A DNA stretch of 64,000 nt. Origin: Thermodesulfobacteriota bacterium (lineage in GTDB: Bacteria; Desulfobacterota; Binatia; Bin18). The stretch covers positions 3,040,001 to 3,104,000 of the forward strand of contig OZ219926.1 of the NCBI GenBank assembly GCA_964291405.2. Direction: 5' to 3'. A program made the translations under genes and the position numbers. Position 1 is the stretch's first letter. Each line of letters opens with the position of its first letter. Below are positions 37,331 to 46,394 of this stretch, one piece after another. A model generated the notes under the pieces. It was not told the origin of the DNA and made no database searches. It worked only from the letters and a program-made list of their open reading frames with translations.

Positions 37331-38734
37331 TTAGCTCCAGTTTCTGATATCGACAAAGCGGCCTTCGATAGCCGCGGCTGCGGCCATGGCCGGGGAGACC
37401 AAATGGGTACGCCCGCCCTTGCCCTGACGGCCTTCAAAATTACGGTTGCTGGTTGAGGCGCAGCGCTCACCCGGCTGAAGGGTGTCGGCGTTCATGGCCA
37501 GACACATGGAACAGCCGGCCTCGCGCCACTCGAAGCCTGCGTCCTTGAAAATGAGGTCGAGCCCTTCGTCCTCGGCCTGCTTTTTGATCAGGCCGGAGCC
37601 TGGCACTACCAAGGCGTTGACGGTCGAGGCGACCTTTCTACCCTTTGCATAGTGGGCAGCAATGCGCAGGTCCTCGATGCGTGAATTGGTACAGGAGCCG
37701 ATAAAGACCCGGTCGACCGGAATTGCCGTTATGGGGGTTCCGGCTTTCAGATCCATATAGGCCAGGGCCCGTTGCGTGGCTTCTTGCGTTTCCGGCGAGG
37801 GCATATCGGCCGGGTCTGGCACGGCGCCGGTAATATCGGTAACCATGCCCGGATTCGTACCCCAGGTGACCTGGGGGGCGATGTCTTCCGCTTTCAGTTC
37901 TATGGTCTTATCAAAGCTGGCGTCCGGGTCTGACGGCAGTTGCTGCCAGGCCGCTACCGCCCGCTCGAACAGCTCGCCCTTGGGTGCAAACGGGCGGTCC
38001 TTGATATAGGCAAACGTCTTTTCGTCCGGCGCGACCATACCGGCCCGCGCGCCGCCCTCAATGGACATATTGCACAGCGTCATGCGGCCTTCTATTGACA
38101 GTGCCCGGATGGCCGAGCCCGTGTATTCGATGACATGCCCGGTTCCGCCGGCCGTCCCGATTTTGCCGATAATAGCCAGGATAATATCTTTGGCGGAACA
38201 CCGCTCGGGCAACTCGCCCTCCACCCGCACCTGCATGGTTTTGGCCTTCTTTTGGAGCAGGCATTGGGAGGCTAACACGTGCTCAACCTCGCTGGTGCCA
38301 ATGCCAAAGGCTAGGGCGCCAAACGCGCCGTGTGTGGCGGTATGGGAATCCCCGCACACAATAACCATACCCGGCAGGGTGAGCCCTTGCTCCGGTCCGA
38401 TCACATGCACAATGCCCTGACGGATATCGTCTATGTCGAAAATTGGGACGCCGGTTGTCCGACAGTTCTCCTGGAGAGCTTCAATCTGCTTGGCTGCCAC
38501 TGCATCCTCAATCGGTTTGTCCCGGTCTGTTGTTGGCACGTTATGGTCGGGCACGGCTATCGTCGCCTGGGTACGACGCACGTTCCGGCCGGCCAGTTGT
38601 AAGCCCTCAAACGCCTGTGGAGAAGTCACCTCGTGGGTGAGGTGACGATCAACATACAAGAGCGCGGTGCCGTCCTCTTCGGTCCGCACCACGTGCGACT
38701 CCCAGATTTTCTCAAACATCGTCTTGCTCGCCAT
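37331..38734 (-). CDS. leuC: 3-isopropylmalate dehydratase large subunit
   Basis: [51 protein letters not shown]. Confidence 0.98.
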   Translation of the reverse strand: MASKTMFEKIWESHVVRTEEDGTALLYVDRHLTHEVTSPQAFEGLQLAGRNVRRTQATIAVPDHNVPTTDRDKPIEDAVAAKQIEALQENCRTTGVPIFDIDDIRQGIVHVIGPEQGLTLPGMVIVCGDSHTATHGAFGALAFGIGTSEVEHVLASQCLLQKKAKTMQVRVEGELPERCSAKDIILAIIGKIGTAGGTGHVIEYTGSAIRALSIEGRMTLCNMSIEGGARAGMVAPDEKTFAYIKDRPFAPKGELFERAVAAWQQLPSDPDASFDKTIELKAEDIAPQVTWGTNPGMVTDITGAVPDPADMPSPETQEATQRALAYMDLKAGTPITAIPVDRVFIGSCTNSRIEDLRIAAHYAKGRKVASTVNALVVPGSGLIKKQAEDEGLDLIFKDAGFEWREAGCSMCLAMNADTLQPGERCASTSNRNFEGRQGKGGRTHLVSPAMAAAAAIEGRFVDIRNWS

Positions 38735-38931
38735 GATCTACCCCTTTATGTCCTATCTTTCTCTTGGGACGTGGCTGCTGAAAGAGCTATACCTTTCTCA
38801 GATTTGGTAGAGGCTGGCAAGATGGAAGGAGCGGAGGCGGTATGGTAGGATGGCCCTCCTGAGGAAGCGGGCATGGGTCATCATGTCCCATCGCTTCAAA
38901 AAACAAGAGACAATCGTGCAGGGGGAACTTC

Positions 38932-39792
38932 ATGGGCGAATGGACCGTTGACATCAATGAAAAAGACTTTGAGCAGGACGTGCTCGAACGCTCGTACAGC
39001 GTCCCGGTTGTGCTGGATTTTTGGGCTCCGTGGTGCGGTCCCTGTCGTGCTATCGGCCCGGTGTTGGAGAAACTCGCGGACGAACAAGCCGGTAAGTTCG
39101 TTCTGGCGAAGGTGAATGTTGATGAAAATCCCGCTCTGGCCCAATCCTTTCAGATCAGCAGTATTCCGGCGGTGAAGGCCGTCAAGGAGGGCGCTATTGC
39201 CAACGAGTTTCTGGGCGCTCTGCCCGAGCCGGCGATTCGCCAATTTATTGAAGAACTGATGCCGTCCGAGGCCGACGCGCTGGCCCAGCAAGGCCAGGAC
39301 CTGCAAGACCAGGGAAAGGAGCAAGGAGCCGAGAGTCTCTATCGCGCCGCCCTCTCAAAGGACGAGCGGCAGCCGAAGGCACTGCTCGGGCTGGCCCGTC
39401 TTCTGATGGGCAAGGAAGAACACGCGGACGCGCTTACCCTGCTTGGCCGTGTCCTGCCACATACGCAGGAGCATGCCGAAGCGCAGCAGGTAGCCGCTCA
39501 GATACGCGTCAAACAGACCGGAGCCAGCGCCGATGAAGAGGTCGCTTGTCGCGAGAAAATTGAGGCCGACCCGAACGATCTGGACACACGGTTTGACCTT
39601 GCCCAGATTCTGGCGGCTTCGACTCGCTATGAAGAGGCGCTTGCCGAATATCTGGAGATCGTGAAGAAAGACCGCACCTTCCGAGACGAAGGCGCGCGGA
39701 AAGCCATGCTCGAAATTTTTGAGGTGGTTGGCGCTCGGAGTGAATTAGCTGATCGATACCGGTCGGAAATGGCTAAGGTGTTGTTCAGTTAG
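38932..39792 (+). CDS. cnoX: thioredoxin-TPR chaperedoxin CnoX/YbbN
   Basis: DFWAPWCGPC thioredoxin domain plus TPR C-terminus ending YRSEMAKVLFS. Confidence 0.88.
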   Translation: MGEWTVDINEKDFEQDVLERSYSVPVVLDFWAPWCGPCRAIGPVLEKLADEQAGKFVLAKVNVDENPALAQSFQISSIPAVKAVKEGAIANEFLGALPEPAIRQFIEELMPSEADALAQQGQDLQDQGKEQGAESLYRAALSKDERQPKALLGLARLLMGKEEHADALTLLGRVLPHTQEHAEAQQVAAQIRVKQTGASADEEVACREKIEADPNDLDTRFDLAQILAASTRYEEALAEYLEIVKKDRTFRDEGARKAMLEIFEVVGARSELADRYRSEMAKVLFS

Positions 39793-39833
39793 GTGCGGCA
39801 GGTTGGGTGGGCGAAGCGCCATTCGACGATTCT

Positions 39834-40703
39834 CTACGCTAACGCCCACTCCTCACCTTCGTTTTTCACCATACCTTCTTTTTCCAGCTTAATCAGGTGG
39901 GACTGCACGGAGTTCCCGGCCGCGGCGTGCAGAAACTCGGGCACGTCCACATAAATACGCTTCACCATGTCTGGAATTCTGGTCAGTCCGGCGCCAAGTG
40001 CGTCCAGCACCTGCTGCTCGCGCAACTCGCGGTGGGCGATGTAGGCGTTCAGTTTTTTATACGGCTCGCGAATCGCCGGGCCGTGAGCGGGATAAATCAC
40101 CGATAGATCAAGGTCGAGCAGCTTGCGCAGTGAGGCCATATAGTCAATCAAGCCGCCGCCTTCTTCCGGTACGACCGTCGTTCCGGCTCCCAGCACCAGA
40201 TCTCCGGTAAAGAGCGCTTTTTCCTCTTCGAGGTAGTAACACAGATGGTCCTTGGCATGACCCGGCGTATGGATCGCGTGCAGGGTGGCCCCGTCGGTCT
40301 CGATGGTAGCGCCGTCTTCGATATAGGTCAGTGGGAAGGTGTAGGCCGCGTCCTTTTCCGGCCAGCGATGTTTTGAGACGCTGAGTTCGCCAAAACGTTT
40401 CTGCACATTGGGCACCCCGCCGATATGGTCCTGATGGACATGGGTGAGGACAATCTCCTGGAGTTCATTGGCGCCTTTGGTTTCGGACAGGCCCTGTTCC
40501 AATAAGGGGTCGTAGACCTCCAGGCCGATTCCTGTGTCGAGCAGCAATGGTCGTTTGCTCGTGCCAACCAGATAGGTGTTGGTTCCGGGGCCGGTGAACG
40601 GCCCAGGGTTTTGACCGAGCACGGTCGCAACCCGCTCGCTCCAGGTGTCGAAGTCGGGCAACTTCAGCCCGGCCATGGTGTCAGTCACAACACGTTGCGG
40701 CAT
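39834..40703 (-). CDS. MBL-fold metallo-hydrolase (LACTB2-like)
   Basis: NPGPFTGPGTNTY, THVHQDH, TPGHAKDH, C-terminal winged helix. Confidence 0.92.
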   Translation of the reverse strand: MPQRVVTDTMAGLKLPDFDTWSERVATVLGQNPGPFTGPGTNTYLVGTSKRPLLLDTGIGLEVYDPLLEQGLSETKGANELQEIVLTHVHQDHIGGVPNVQKRFGELSVSKHRWPEKDAAYTFPLTYIEDGATIETDGATLHAIHTPGHAKDHLCYYLEEEKALFTGDLVLGAGTTVVPEEGGGLIDYMASLRKLLDLDLSVIYPAHGPAIREPYKKLNAYIAHRELREQQVLDALGAGLTRIPDMVKRIYVDVPEFLHAAAGNSVQSHLIKLEKEGMVKNEGEEWALA

Positions 40704-40706
40704 GTC

Positions 40707-41873
40707 TCAGCTCCTCAGTAGGTTGGCGGCTATGGTTCTGAGTTGCATATTCGAGGTGCCCTCATAGATTTTGCCGATCTTGGCGTCCCGGTAGAACTTC
40801 TCGGCAGGATAGTCTTTGGTAAAACCCACACCACCGAAAATCTCCAGCGCGCGCGAGGCCACCCGTTCACCGACCTGGGAGCAAAAGAATTTGGTCATGG
40901 CCGCGGAATGGGCAAACGGTTGTCCGCTCTCTTTGAGGCGGGCCGTGTTATACACCATCAGCCGGGCGGCCTCGATCTCGGTCGCCAGCTCGGCCAACTC
41001 GAATTGGACGGCCTGAAAATCTGTAATCGCCCGCCCAAACTGTGAACGCTCTCTGGCATAGCCCAGCGCACACTCAAAGGCCCCCTGGGCCAGACCGGTC
41101 ATTTGCGCTCCGATCCCAATCCGGCCTTCGTTCAGGGTCTCAATCGCGACTTTATAGCCCTGGCCGATTTCTGCCACGACCTGACTGCGCGGCACCCGGA
41201 CGTCTTCGAGAATCAGCTCACAGGTCGAACTGGCGCGAATCCCAAGTTTGTCTTCTTTTTTCCCGACGCTGAAACCTGGCATATCGCGTTCGACCATGAA
41301 GGCGGTCACGCCCTTATAGCCCTTGTCCGGGTCGGCATTGGCAAAGAGCAGATACACCCCGGCTTCGGCGCCATTGGTGGTCCACATCTTTTGGCCGTTC
41401 AGCACAAAGGTATCGCCCTCCGGCCGCGCGCGGGTCTGCATGGCAAAGGCGTCGCTCCCGGAACCGGACTCGGATAAGGAATAGGCCCCGACCGTGTCTG
41501 TGGCCAGGCGAGGGAAAAACTGAGCTTTCTGGTCAGGGTTGAGCCAGCGGACGAGGGCATTGTTGACCAGGGTATTCTGGACATCCACACAGGTGGCGAC
41601 CGCCGGGTCAATCCGTGCAAACTCTTCAATGGCCAGAATCGACATAAAGAAACTGGCATCCGCGCCGCCATAGCTGGCGGGGATTTCGATGCCCATGACC
41701 CCCAAGTCAAAGAGTTGGGCAATCAGCCCCTGGGGGATCTTGGCCGCGCGGTCCATCTCCATGACGTGGGGTTTGACCTGTTCCTCGGCGAACTCCCGCA
41801 CCATCGTCCGAAATAATTCCTCTTCCTCACTCAGCGTCGCCAGAGGCAGATGTGTCGCGTGATCCATAGGCAT
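40707..41873 (-). CDS. short/branched-chain acyl-CoA dehydrogenase
   Basis: SLSESGSGSDA, KLGIRASSTC, LNEGRIGI, RDAKIGKIYEGTSN. Confidence 0.95.
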   Translation of the reverse strand: MPMDHATHLPLATLSEEEELFRTMVREFAEEQVKPHVMEMDRAAKIPQGLIAQLFDLGVMGIEIPASYGGADASFFMSILAIEEFARIDPAVATCVDVQNTLVNNALVRWLNPDQKAQFFPRLATDTVGAYSLSESGSGSDAFAMQTRARPEGDTFVLNGQKMWTTNGAEAGVYLLFANADPDKGYKGVTAFMVERDMPGFSVGKKEDKLGIRASSTCELILEDVRVPRSQVVAEIGQGYKVAIETLNEGRIGIGAQMTGLAQGAFECALGYARERSQFGRAITDFQAVQFELAELATEIEAARLMVYNTARLKESGQPFAHSAAMTKFFCSQVGERVASRALEIFGGVGFTKDYPAEKFYRDAKIGKIYEGTSNMQLRTIAANLLRS

Positions 41874-41979
41874 CTTCCCCCCTTGCTTGGTTGGATGGTG
41901 TCATTGTTGGCACGTTGCTTCTCGGATGTCCAGCCGGTATATCATCACGAGAAAACGCTCACGGACAGTTTTCCTTGGT

Positions 41980-42549
41980 ATGAAAATCGGACTCATCGCC
42001 GACTCGCATATCCCTGAGGCCATGCCCGAACTCCCGAGCCAGGTACGGACGGTGTTCGCCGGGGTTGACCTGATTGTCCACGCCGGCGACCTGCACTGCC
42101 TTGCCGTGCTGGACTGGCTCGAAGCGATCGCGCCGGTGGTGGCGTGTCGGGGCAATGGCGACGAAGGCTCGGGCGGACGCGCGGTCGTCCCGGAAGACCC
42201 TCGACTGCACGAGACCGTTGTGACGCAGTGCGCCGGCTACACGTTGGGGCTGGTGCACGATGTGTTGGATCCGAACGAATATCCGCACTGGCCGATTGAG
42301 CGGACGATGGAGCGGGCCTTTGGTCGGCGGACCGATATTATTGTCTGCGGCCATACCCATGTCGAGCGCATCCAACGCTACGCCGATGTCCTGGTCATTA
42401 ATCCCGGCAGTCCGACCTATCCGCACAATTACGCGGCCCAGCCGGGCACGGTTGGCATGCTGACCCTAGAAGAGGGCGGTGGCGGCACGGTTGAGATTTA
42501 CGACCTGAAGACGCTTGCCGTGCTGCCGGAGTTTTCGACGACGTTCTGA
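41980..42549 (+). CDS. YfcE-like metallophosphoesterase
   Basis: ADSH, HAGD, GNGD, GHTH, NPGS. Confidence 0.92.
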   Translation: MKIGLIADSHIPEAMPELPSQVRTVFAGVDLIVHAGDLHCLAVLDWLEAIAPVVACRGNGDEGSGGRAVVPEDPRLHETVVTQCAGYTLGLVHDVLDPNEYPHWPIERTMERAFGRRTDIIVCGHTHVERIQRYADVLVINPGSPTYPHNYAAQPGTVGMLTLEEGGGGTVEIYDLKTLAVLPEFSTTF

Positions 42550-42579
42550 CTCGAGCGACGTGTCCCAGGTAGCGCGACT

Positions 42580-43623
42580 TTACCCGCCCAGACTAATCAT
42601 CTCGATTTTTTTATGCTCTTTGGGGTCGTAGCCGGCTCCCGAACGCAGGGCGGCCAAGCGTTCTTCCGAGTAGCGGTCCGTCCGTTGGAGCCAGACCTGT
42701 TGCAGCACGTCGAGCAGCCTGTCATCACTGGCCCCACCACGCAGCAGAACCTTGAGATTGTGGCCGGTGTTGGCAAAGAGACAGGTCACCAGTCTGCCGT
42801 CCGCGGTCAGCCGCGCGCGCGTACAAGACGCACAGAACGGCTCGGTGACCGAGGCGATCACCCCGATATCACCGCTGCCGTCTACACACTGATAGTCCAC
42901 CGACGGTGCGCTGCCGCCTTTTCGGCCTACTTCCCGCAGGGGAAAACGCGTGTTGATGATGTCCAGGATTTCCTGCTTGGGCACGATGGTGTCCGACTGC
43001 CAGTGATTGGCATTGCCCACATCCATGAACTCGATGAAACGGATGGCAAAGCCGTGCTCAAGCGAGAACGTCACCAGATCGATAATCTCATCATCATTCA
43101 CGCCGCGTTCGATGACCGCGTTGAGCTTAATCGGCGAGAACCCGTGCTCCTTGGCCACAAACAGGCCGTGCAGAACTTTCTGCAAGTCGCCGCGCTTGGT
43201 AATGCGCCGAAAGCGCTCGGGTTTGAGGCTGTCGAGGCTGACGTTCAGCCGGCGTAAGCCAGCCGCTTTCAGGGCCTGGGCTTTTTCCGCCAGGGTTGAG
43301 CCGTTCGTGGTGAGACACAGATCACGTAGGCCGTCGAGGTCGGACAGGCTTTTGACGAGTTGCTCAAGGTCTCGCCGGGCCAAGGGTTCGCCCCCGGTTA
43401 AACGAATTTTTTCAACCCCAAGCTGAATAAACAGGCGGGCCAAGCGCGTGATTTCCTCAAACGTCAGCACCTCGCTCTTGTCCAGCCAGTCGTAGTCGTC
43501 CAGTGGCATGCAATAGGTGCAGCGAAAATTACACCGGTCGGTGACGGAAATACGCAGGTCCTTGACCGGGCGTTGCAGGGTATCGAGCACGAGTCGGTTT
43601 CTCCCTTCTTTCCAGTCTGTCAT
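42580..43623 (-). CDS. moaA: GTP 3',8-cyclase
   Basis: LRISVTDRCNFRCTYC, FCASCTRARLTADG..TC, C-terminal LGG. Confidence 0.97.
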   Translation of the reverse strand: MTDWKEGRNRLVLDTLQRPVKDLRISVTDRCNFRCTYCMPLDDYDWLDKSEVLTFEEITRLARLFIQLGVEKIRLTGGEPLARRDLEQLVKSLSDLDGLRDLCLTTNGSTLAEKAQALKAAGLRRLNVSLDSLKPERFRRITKRGDLQKVLHGLFVAKEHGFSPIKLNAVIERGVNDDEIIDLVTFSLEHGFAIRFIEFMDVGNANHWQSDTIVPKQEILDIINTRFPLREVGRKGGSAPSVDYQCVDGSGDIGVIASVTEPFCASCTRARLTADGRLVTCLFANTGHNLKVLLRGGASDDRLLDVLQQVWLQRTDRYSEERLAALRSGAGYDPKEHKKIEMISLGG

Positions 43624-43717
43624 GTATTATATCTATCTCGCCTGTTGAGCAAAGACGTCGGTTCGCTCATCGCTGTTTATATTGACATATTCGTGTCTCC
43701 TCAATATGCCTTGACCT

Positions 43718-43960
43718 ATGCGAAAAAAAGACCGGGTCCGCCTCACGACCGTCAAGGGGAAAGGGCTGCTGCCGGGCGTTGACCTTGATGCTGCTGCCTC
43801 GCGGGCCGACTTGCTGGAGCAGGAAGATGCTTCAGAGCTATCGCTCAAACGGCGCTCTCTTGCCGAGAAGGTCCGGCTCCATAGAGAAGGGTATAAGCAG
43901 CATCCAATAAGCCAAGACGAATTTACGCCCGTATCTGGAGCCCGGACATGGCCGAGGTAA
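43718..43960 (+). pseudogene. chimeric remnant of antitoxin-like C-termini
   Basis: VRLTTVKGKGLLPGVDLD..A.RADLLE (VapB-like tail) joined to LHREGYKQHPISQDEF...W (CopG/MazE-like tail); no N-terminal DNA-binding domain, no toxin. Confidence 0.45.
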
Positions 43961-44000
43961 ATCGTGCGGAGATTTGACCGTTCTCGAGGAGGAGGAATGC

Positions 44001-44762
44001 ATGCGTATCAAAGATAAGGTCGCGCTGGTGACCGGCGGCAGTCGAGGCATAGGCCGGGCGATTTGTTTGCGTCTGGCCGAGGAGGGAGCCAAAGTCGCCA
44101 TTGCCGATATTCTGGAAGACGAAGCCCGGAAAACAGCCGACGATATTCTGGCCGCCGACGGGCAGGCTCAGGTGGTCAGGACCGATGTGACTCAGCTCGA
44201 TCAGGTCCAGGCCTGCGTGAGACAGGTGACGGATAGCTGGGGACCGATTGACGTGCTGGTGAACAATGCCGGTTGGGACAAGATCGAGCCTTTTCTCCAG
44301 AGTGCGCCCGAGACCTGGGATAAGGTGATCGCGATCAATCTGCGCGGTCCCATTAATTTTTGCCATACGGTGGCGGCGCAGATGGCCGAGCGCGGCCAGG
44401 GCAAGATTATTTCGATCAGCTCGGACGCCGGCCGGGTCGGTTCGACCGGAGAGGCGGTCTATTCGGCCTGTAAAGCCGGGATTATCGGCTTTTCCAAGAC
44501 GCTGGCGCGTGAACTGGCACGTGCGAAGATCAACGTCAACGTGATCTGTCCCGGTCCCACGGATACGGCGCTGCTCCAGCAGGTTTCATCAGGAGAAAAA
44601 GGGGCCAAGATTATCAGCGCCATGACCCGCGCGGTCCCGTTTCGACGGTTGGGGCAGCCCGAAGAAATTGCAAACGCCGTTGCGTTTTTTGCCTCGCCGG
44701 ATGCGGATTTCGTGACCGGCCAGGTCCTGTCCGTCAGCGGTGGGCTGACTATGGCAGGCTAA
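44001..44762 (+). CDS. SDR oxidoreductase, BadH-like (2-hydroxycyclohexanecarboxyl-CoA dehydrogenase-like)
   Basis: NNAGWD, SSDAGRVGSTGEAVYSACKAG, CPGPTDT, GQVLSVSGGLTMAG. Confidence 0.88.
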   Translation: MRIKDKVALVTGGSRGIGRAICLRLAEEGAKVAIADILEDEARKTADDILAADGQAQVVRTDVTQLDQVQACVRQVTDSWGPIDVLVNNAGWDKIEPFLQSAPETWDKVIAINLRGPINFCHTVAAQMAERGQGKIISISSDAGRVGSTGEAVYSACKAGIIGFSKTLARELARAKINVNVICPGPTDTALLQQVSSGEKGAKIISAMTRAVPFRRLGQPEEIANAVAFFASPDADFVTGQVLSVSGGLTMAG

Positions 44763-44781
44763 GGCCGAAAGGAATACGTGC

Positions 44782-45570
44782 GTGCGTTTCGCAGACAAAG
44801 TGGCTCTTATCACCGGCTCTTCGCGGGGCATCGGCCGAGCGATTGCCCTGCGGCTGGCGTCCGAGGGAGCAAGGATCGGCGTGAATTACCGCCGGAATAC
44901 CGCCGAGGCGGAAGCGGTTGCCGCTGAAATCGCACAGCGGGGCTCCGAGGCGCTGCTGTTCCAGGCCGATATGAGTGACAGCGAGGCGGTTCGGGCGATG
45001 TTCCGGCAGGTGAAGGCGGCATTCGGTCATCTGGATATCTTTATCGCCAATGCCGCGGCCACCGCCTTTCGGCCATTGCTGCGCCAGGGTGAGCACAACG
45101 TGACTCGGACCTTTGATCTGACCATCACTGGCACCTTGGTTGCCGTGCAGGAAGCGGTGCCCCTGATGGCCGGTCGCCGGGGAAAAATCGTCACCATATC
45201 CGGCATTGACTCTTTGCGTATGCTGACCGGCCACGGCTTGCTGGGTGCGGCCAAGGCTGCCCTGGAAAACATGACGATGTATCTGGCGCACGAACTCGGC
45301 CCGCGCGGGATTGCCGTCAACGGCATTAACCCCGGCCTGATTCAGACCGACTCGGCTCAAATGTACGCGGGCGGGGAGGCTGCCTACGCGCAGTACGAAC
45401 GCGATGTTATTCCCCAAACTCCGGCCGGTCGGACAGGCCGGCCGGAAGATATTGCCGCAGTGGCCGCCTTTCTCTGCTCTGAGGATGCAGATTTCATTCG
45501 TGGCCAGACCCTGCTCGTGGATGGCGGGCTGCTGTCATCGTCTATTGCGAGCCGGGAGCGCGAAGGCTGA
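44782..45570 (+). CDS. SDR oxidoreductase, FabL-like enoyl reductase
   Basis: TGSSRGIG, FIANAAATAFRP, AKAALE...YLAHELGPRGI, IRGQTLLVDGG. Confidence 0.85.
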   Translation: MRFADKVALITGSSRGIGRAIALRLASEGARIGVNYRRNTAEAEAVAAEIAQRGSEALLFQADMSDSEAVRAMFRQVKAAFGHLDIFIANAAATAFRPLLRQGEHNVTRTFDLTITGTLVAVQEAVPLMAGRRGKIVTISGIDSLRMLTGHGLLGAAKAALENMTMYLAHELGPRGIAVNGINPGLIQTDSAQMYAGGEAAYAQYERDVIPQTPAGRTGRPEDIAAVAAFLCSEDADFIRGQTLLVDGGLLSSSIASREREG

Positions 45571-45609
45571 GTGGGAGGGCAAAATGAGTAGCATCAAACA
45601 CGGCGGGGC

Positions 45610-45930
45610 TTACTCACCGTCAGATGAATCCGGGCTGTCCGCACTAATCAAGATCAGCTTGCCGGTTTCTGGATCTCGGTAGACTTGTCCTACAGGCTTC
45701 AGTCCACTACCACCCTCACGTATGCCTTCCGGAACATTCGGGAGTTCCCGGCCTTCTTCAATGATTTTGTCTCTGGAAAGTTCTCTGACAAGTTCGGGGC
45801 TTAAAGCAAAGAGGGCGGCAATGAGCCCGCAAGTAAAAACGAGCATGATATCTATCAGGTTCGCAAGCGGTCCAAGCGGTTCATCAGCTTGCCCGGTAAA
45901 ACGACTGGGCCGCCAGTTACGCTGACTCAT
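45610..45930 (-). CDS. DUF2149 family membrane protein
   Basis: EPLGPLANLIDIMLVFTCGLIAAL, G.G.K.VGQVYRDPETGKLILI. Confidence 0.88.
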   Translation of the reverse strand: MSQRNWRPSRFTGQADEPLGPLANLIDIMLVFTCGLIAALFALSPELVRELSRDKIIEEGRELPNVPEGIREGGSGLKPVGQVYRDPETGKLILISADSPDSSDGE

Positions 45931-46391
45931 CTGCTGTTCCCTTCCAGGCTCTTTGTTTCCAAGGCTTCAAGCTTGTCCATTACCGTGTCGTACCAACGAC
46001 GGCGAAAACGTCCGAGTACAAAGCCAATCGCCCCGGCGAGCAGACCAAGGACGGTCGTGTCAAAGGCAATGGTTATCGCCTCGGTCAGAATAGTGAGATT
46101 GCCTTGTCCTAAAGCGGCTAATCCCGGCCCCAGTGGAATAAGCGTTCCCATCAGGCCGAACATGGGGGCAATCCGCGCAATCACATCGGCCCGTTCAATA
46201 CGCTTGCGCCCCTGTGACTCAACTTGATTTTTTTCGAGCAGGGTTACATGTTTGAGCGCTCCGTATCGCTCACCAAGAGCCGTGCCGATTTCAAAGACCG
46301 CCATCGCTACCAGCAAGATTAACCCGATCGCTACTGGATAGAGTAACAGCGCGACAAGATCATGCATCAGGGGCAGAATGATATTTCCCAC
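45927..46391 (-). CDS. MotA/TolQ/ExbB proton channel family protein
   Basis: ARIAPMFGLMGTLIPLGPGLAAL, AFDTTVLGL, RRRWY; GTG start. Confidence 0.9.
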   Translation of the reverse strand: MGNIILPLMHDLVALLLYPVAIGLILLVAMAVFEIGTALGERYGALKHVTLLEKNQVESQGRKRIERADVIARIAPMFGLMGTLIPLGPGLAALGQGNLTILTEAITIAFDTTVLGLLAGAIGFVLGRFRRRWYDTVMDKLEALETKSLEGNSR

Positions 46392-46394
46392 GGT

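Noticed and set aside
43624-43717. Moco riboswitch upstream of moaA
   Set aside because: No convincing conserved stems seen
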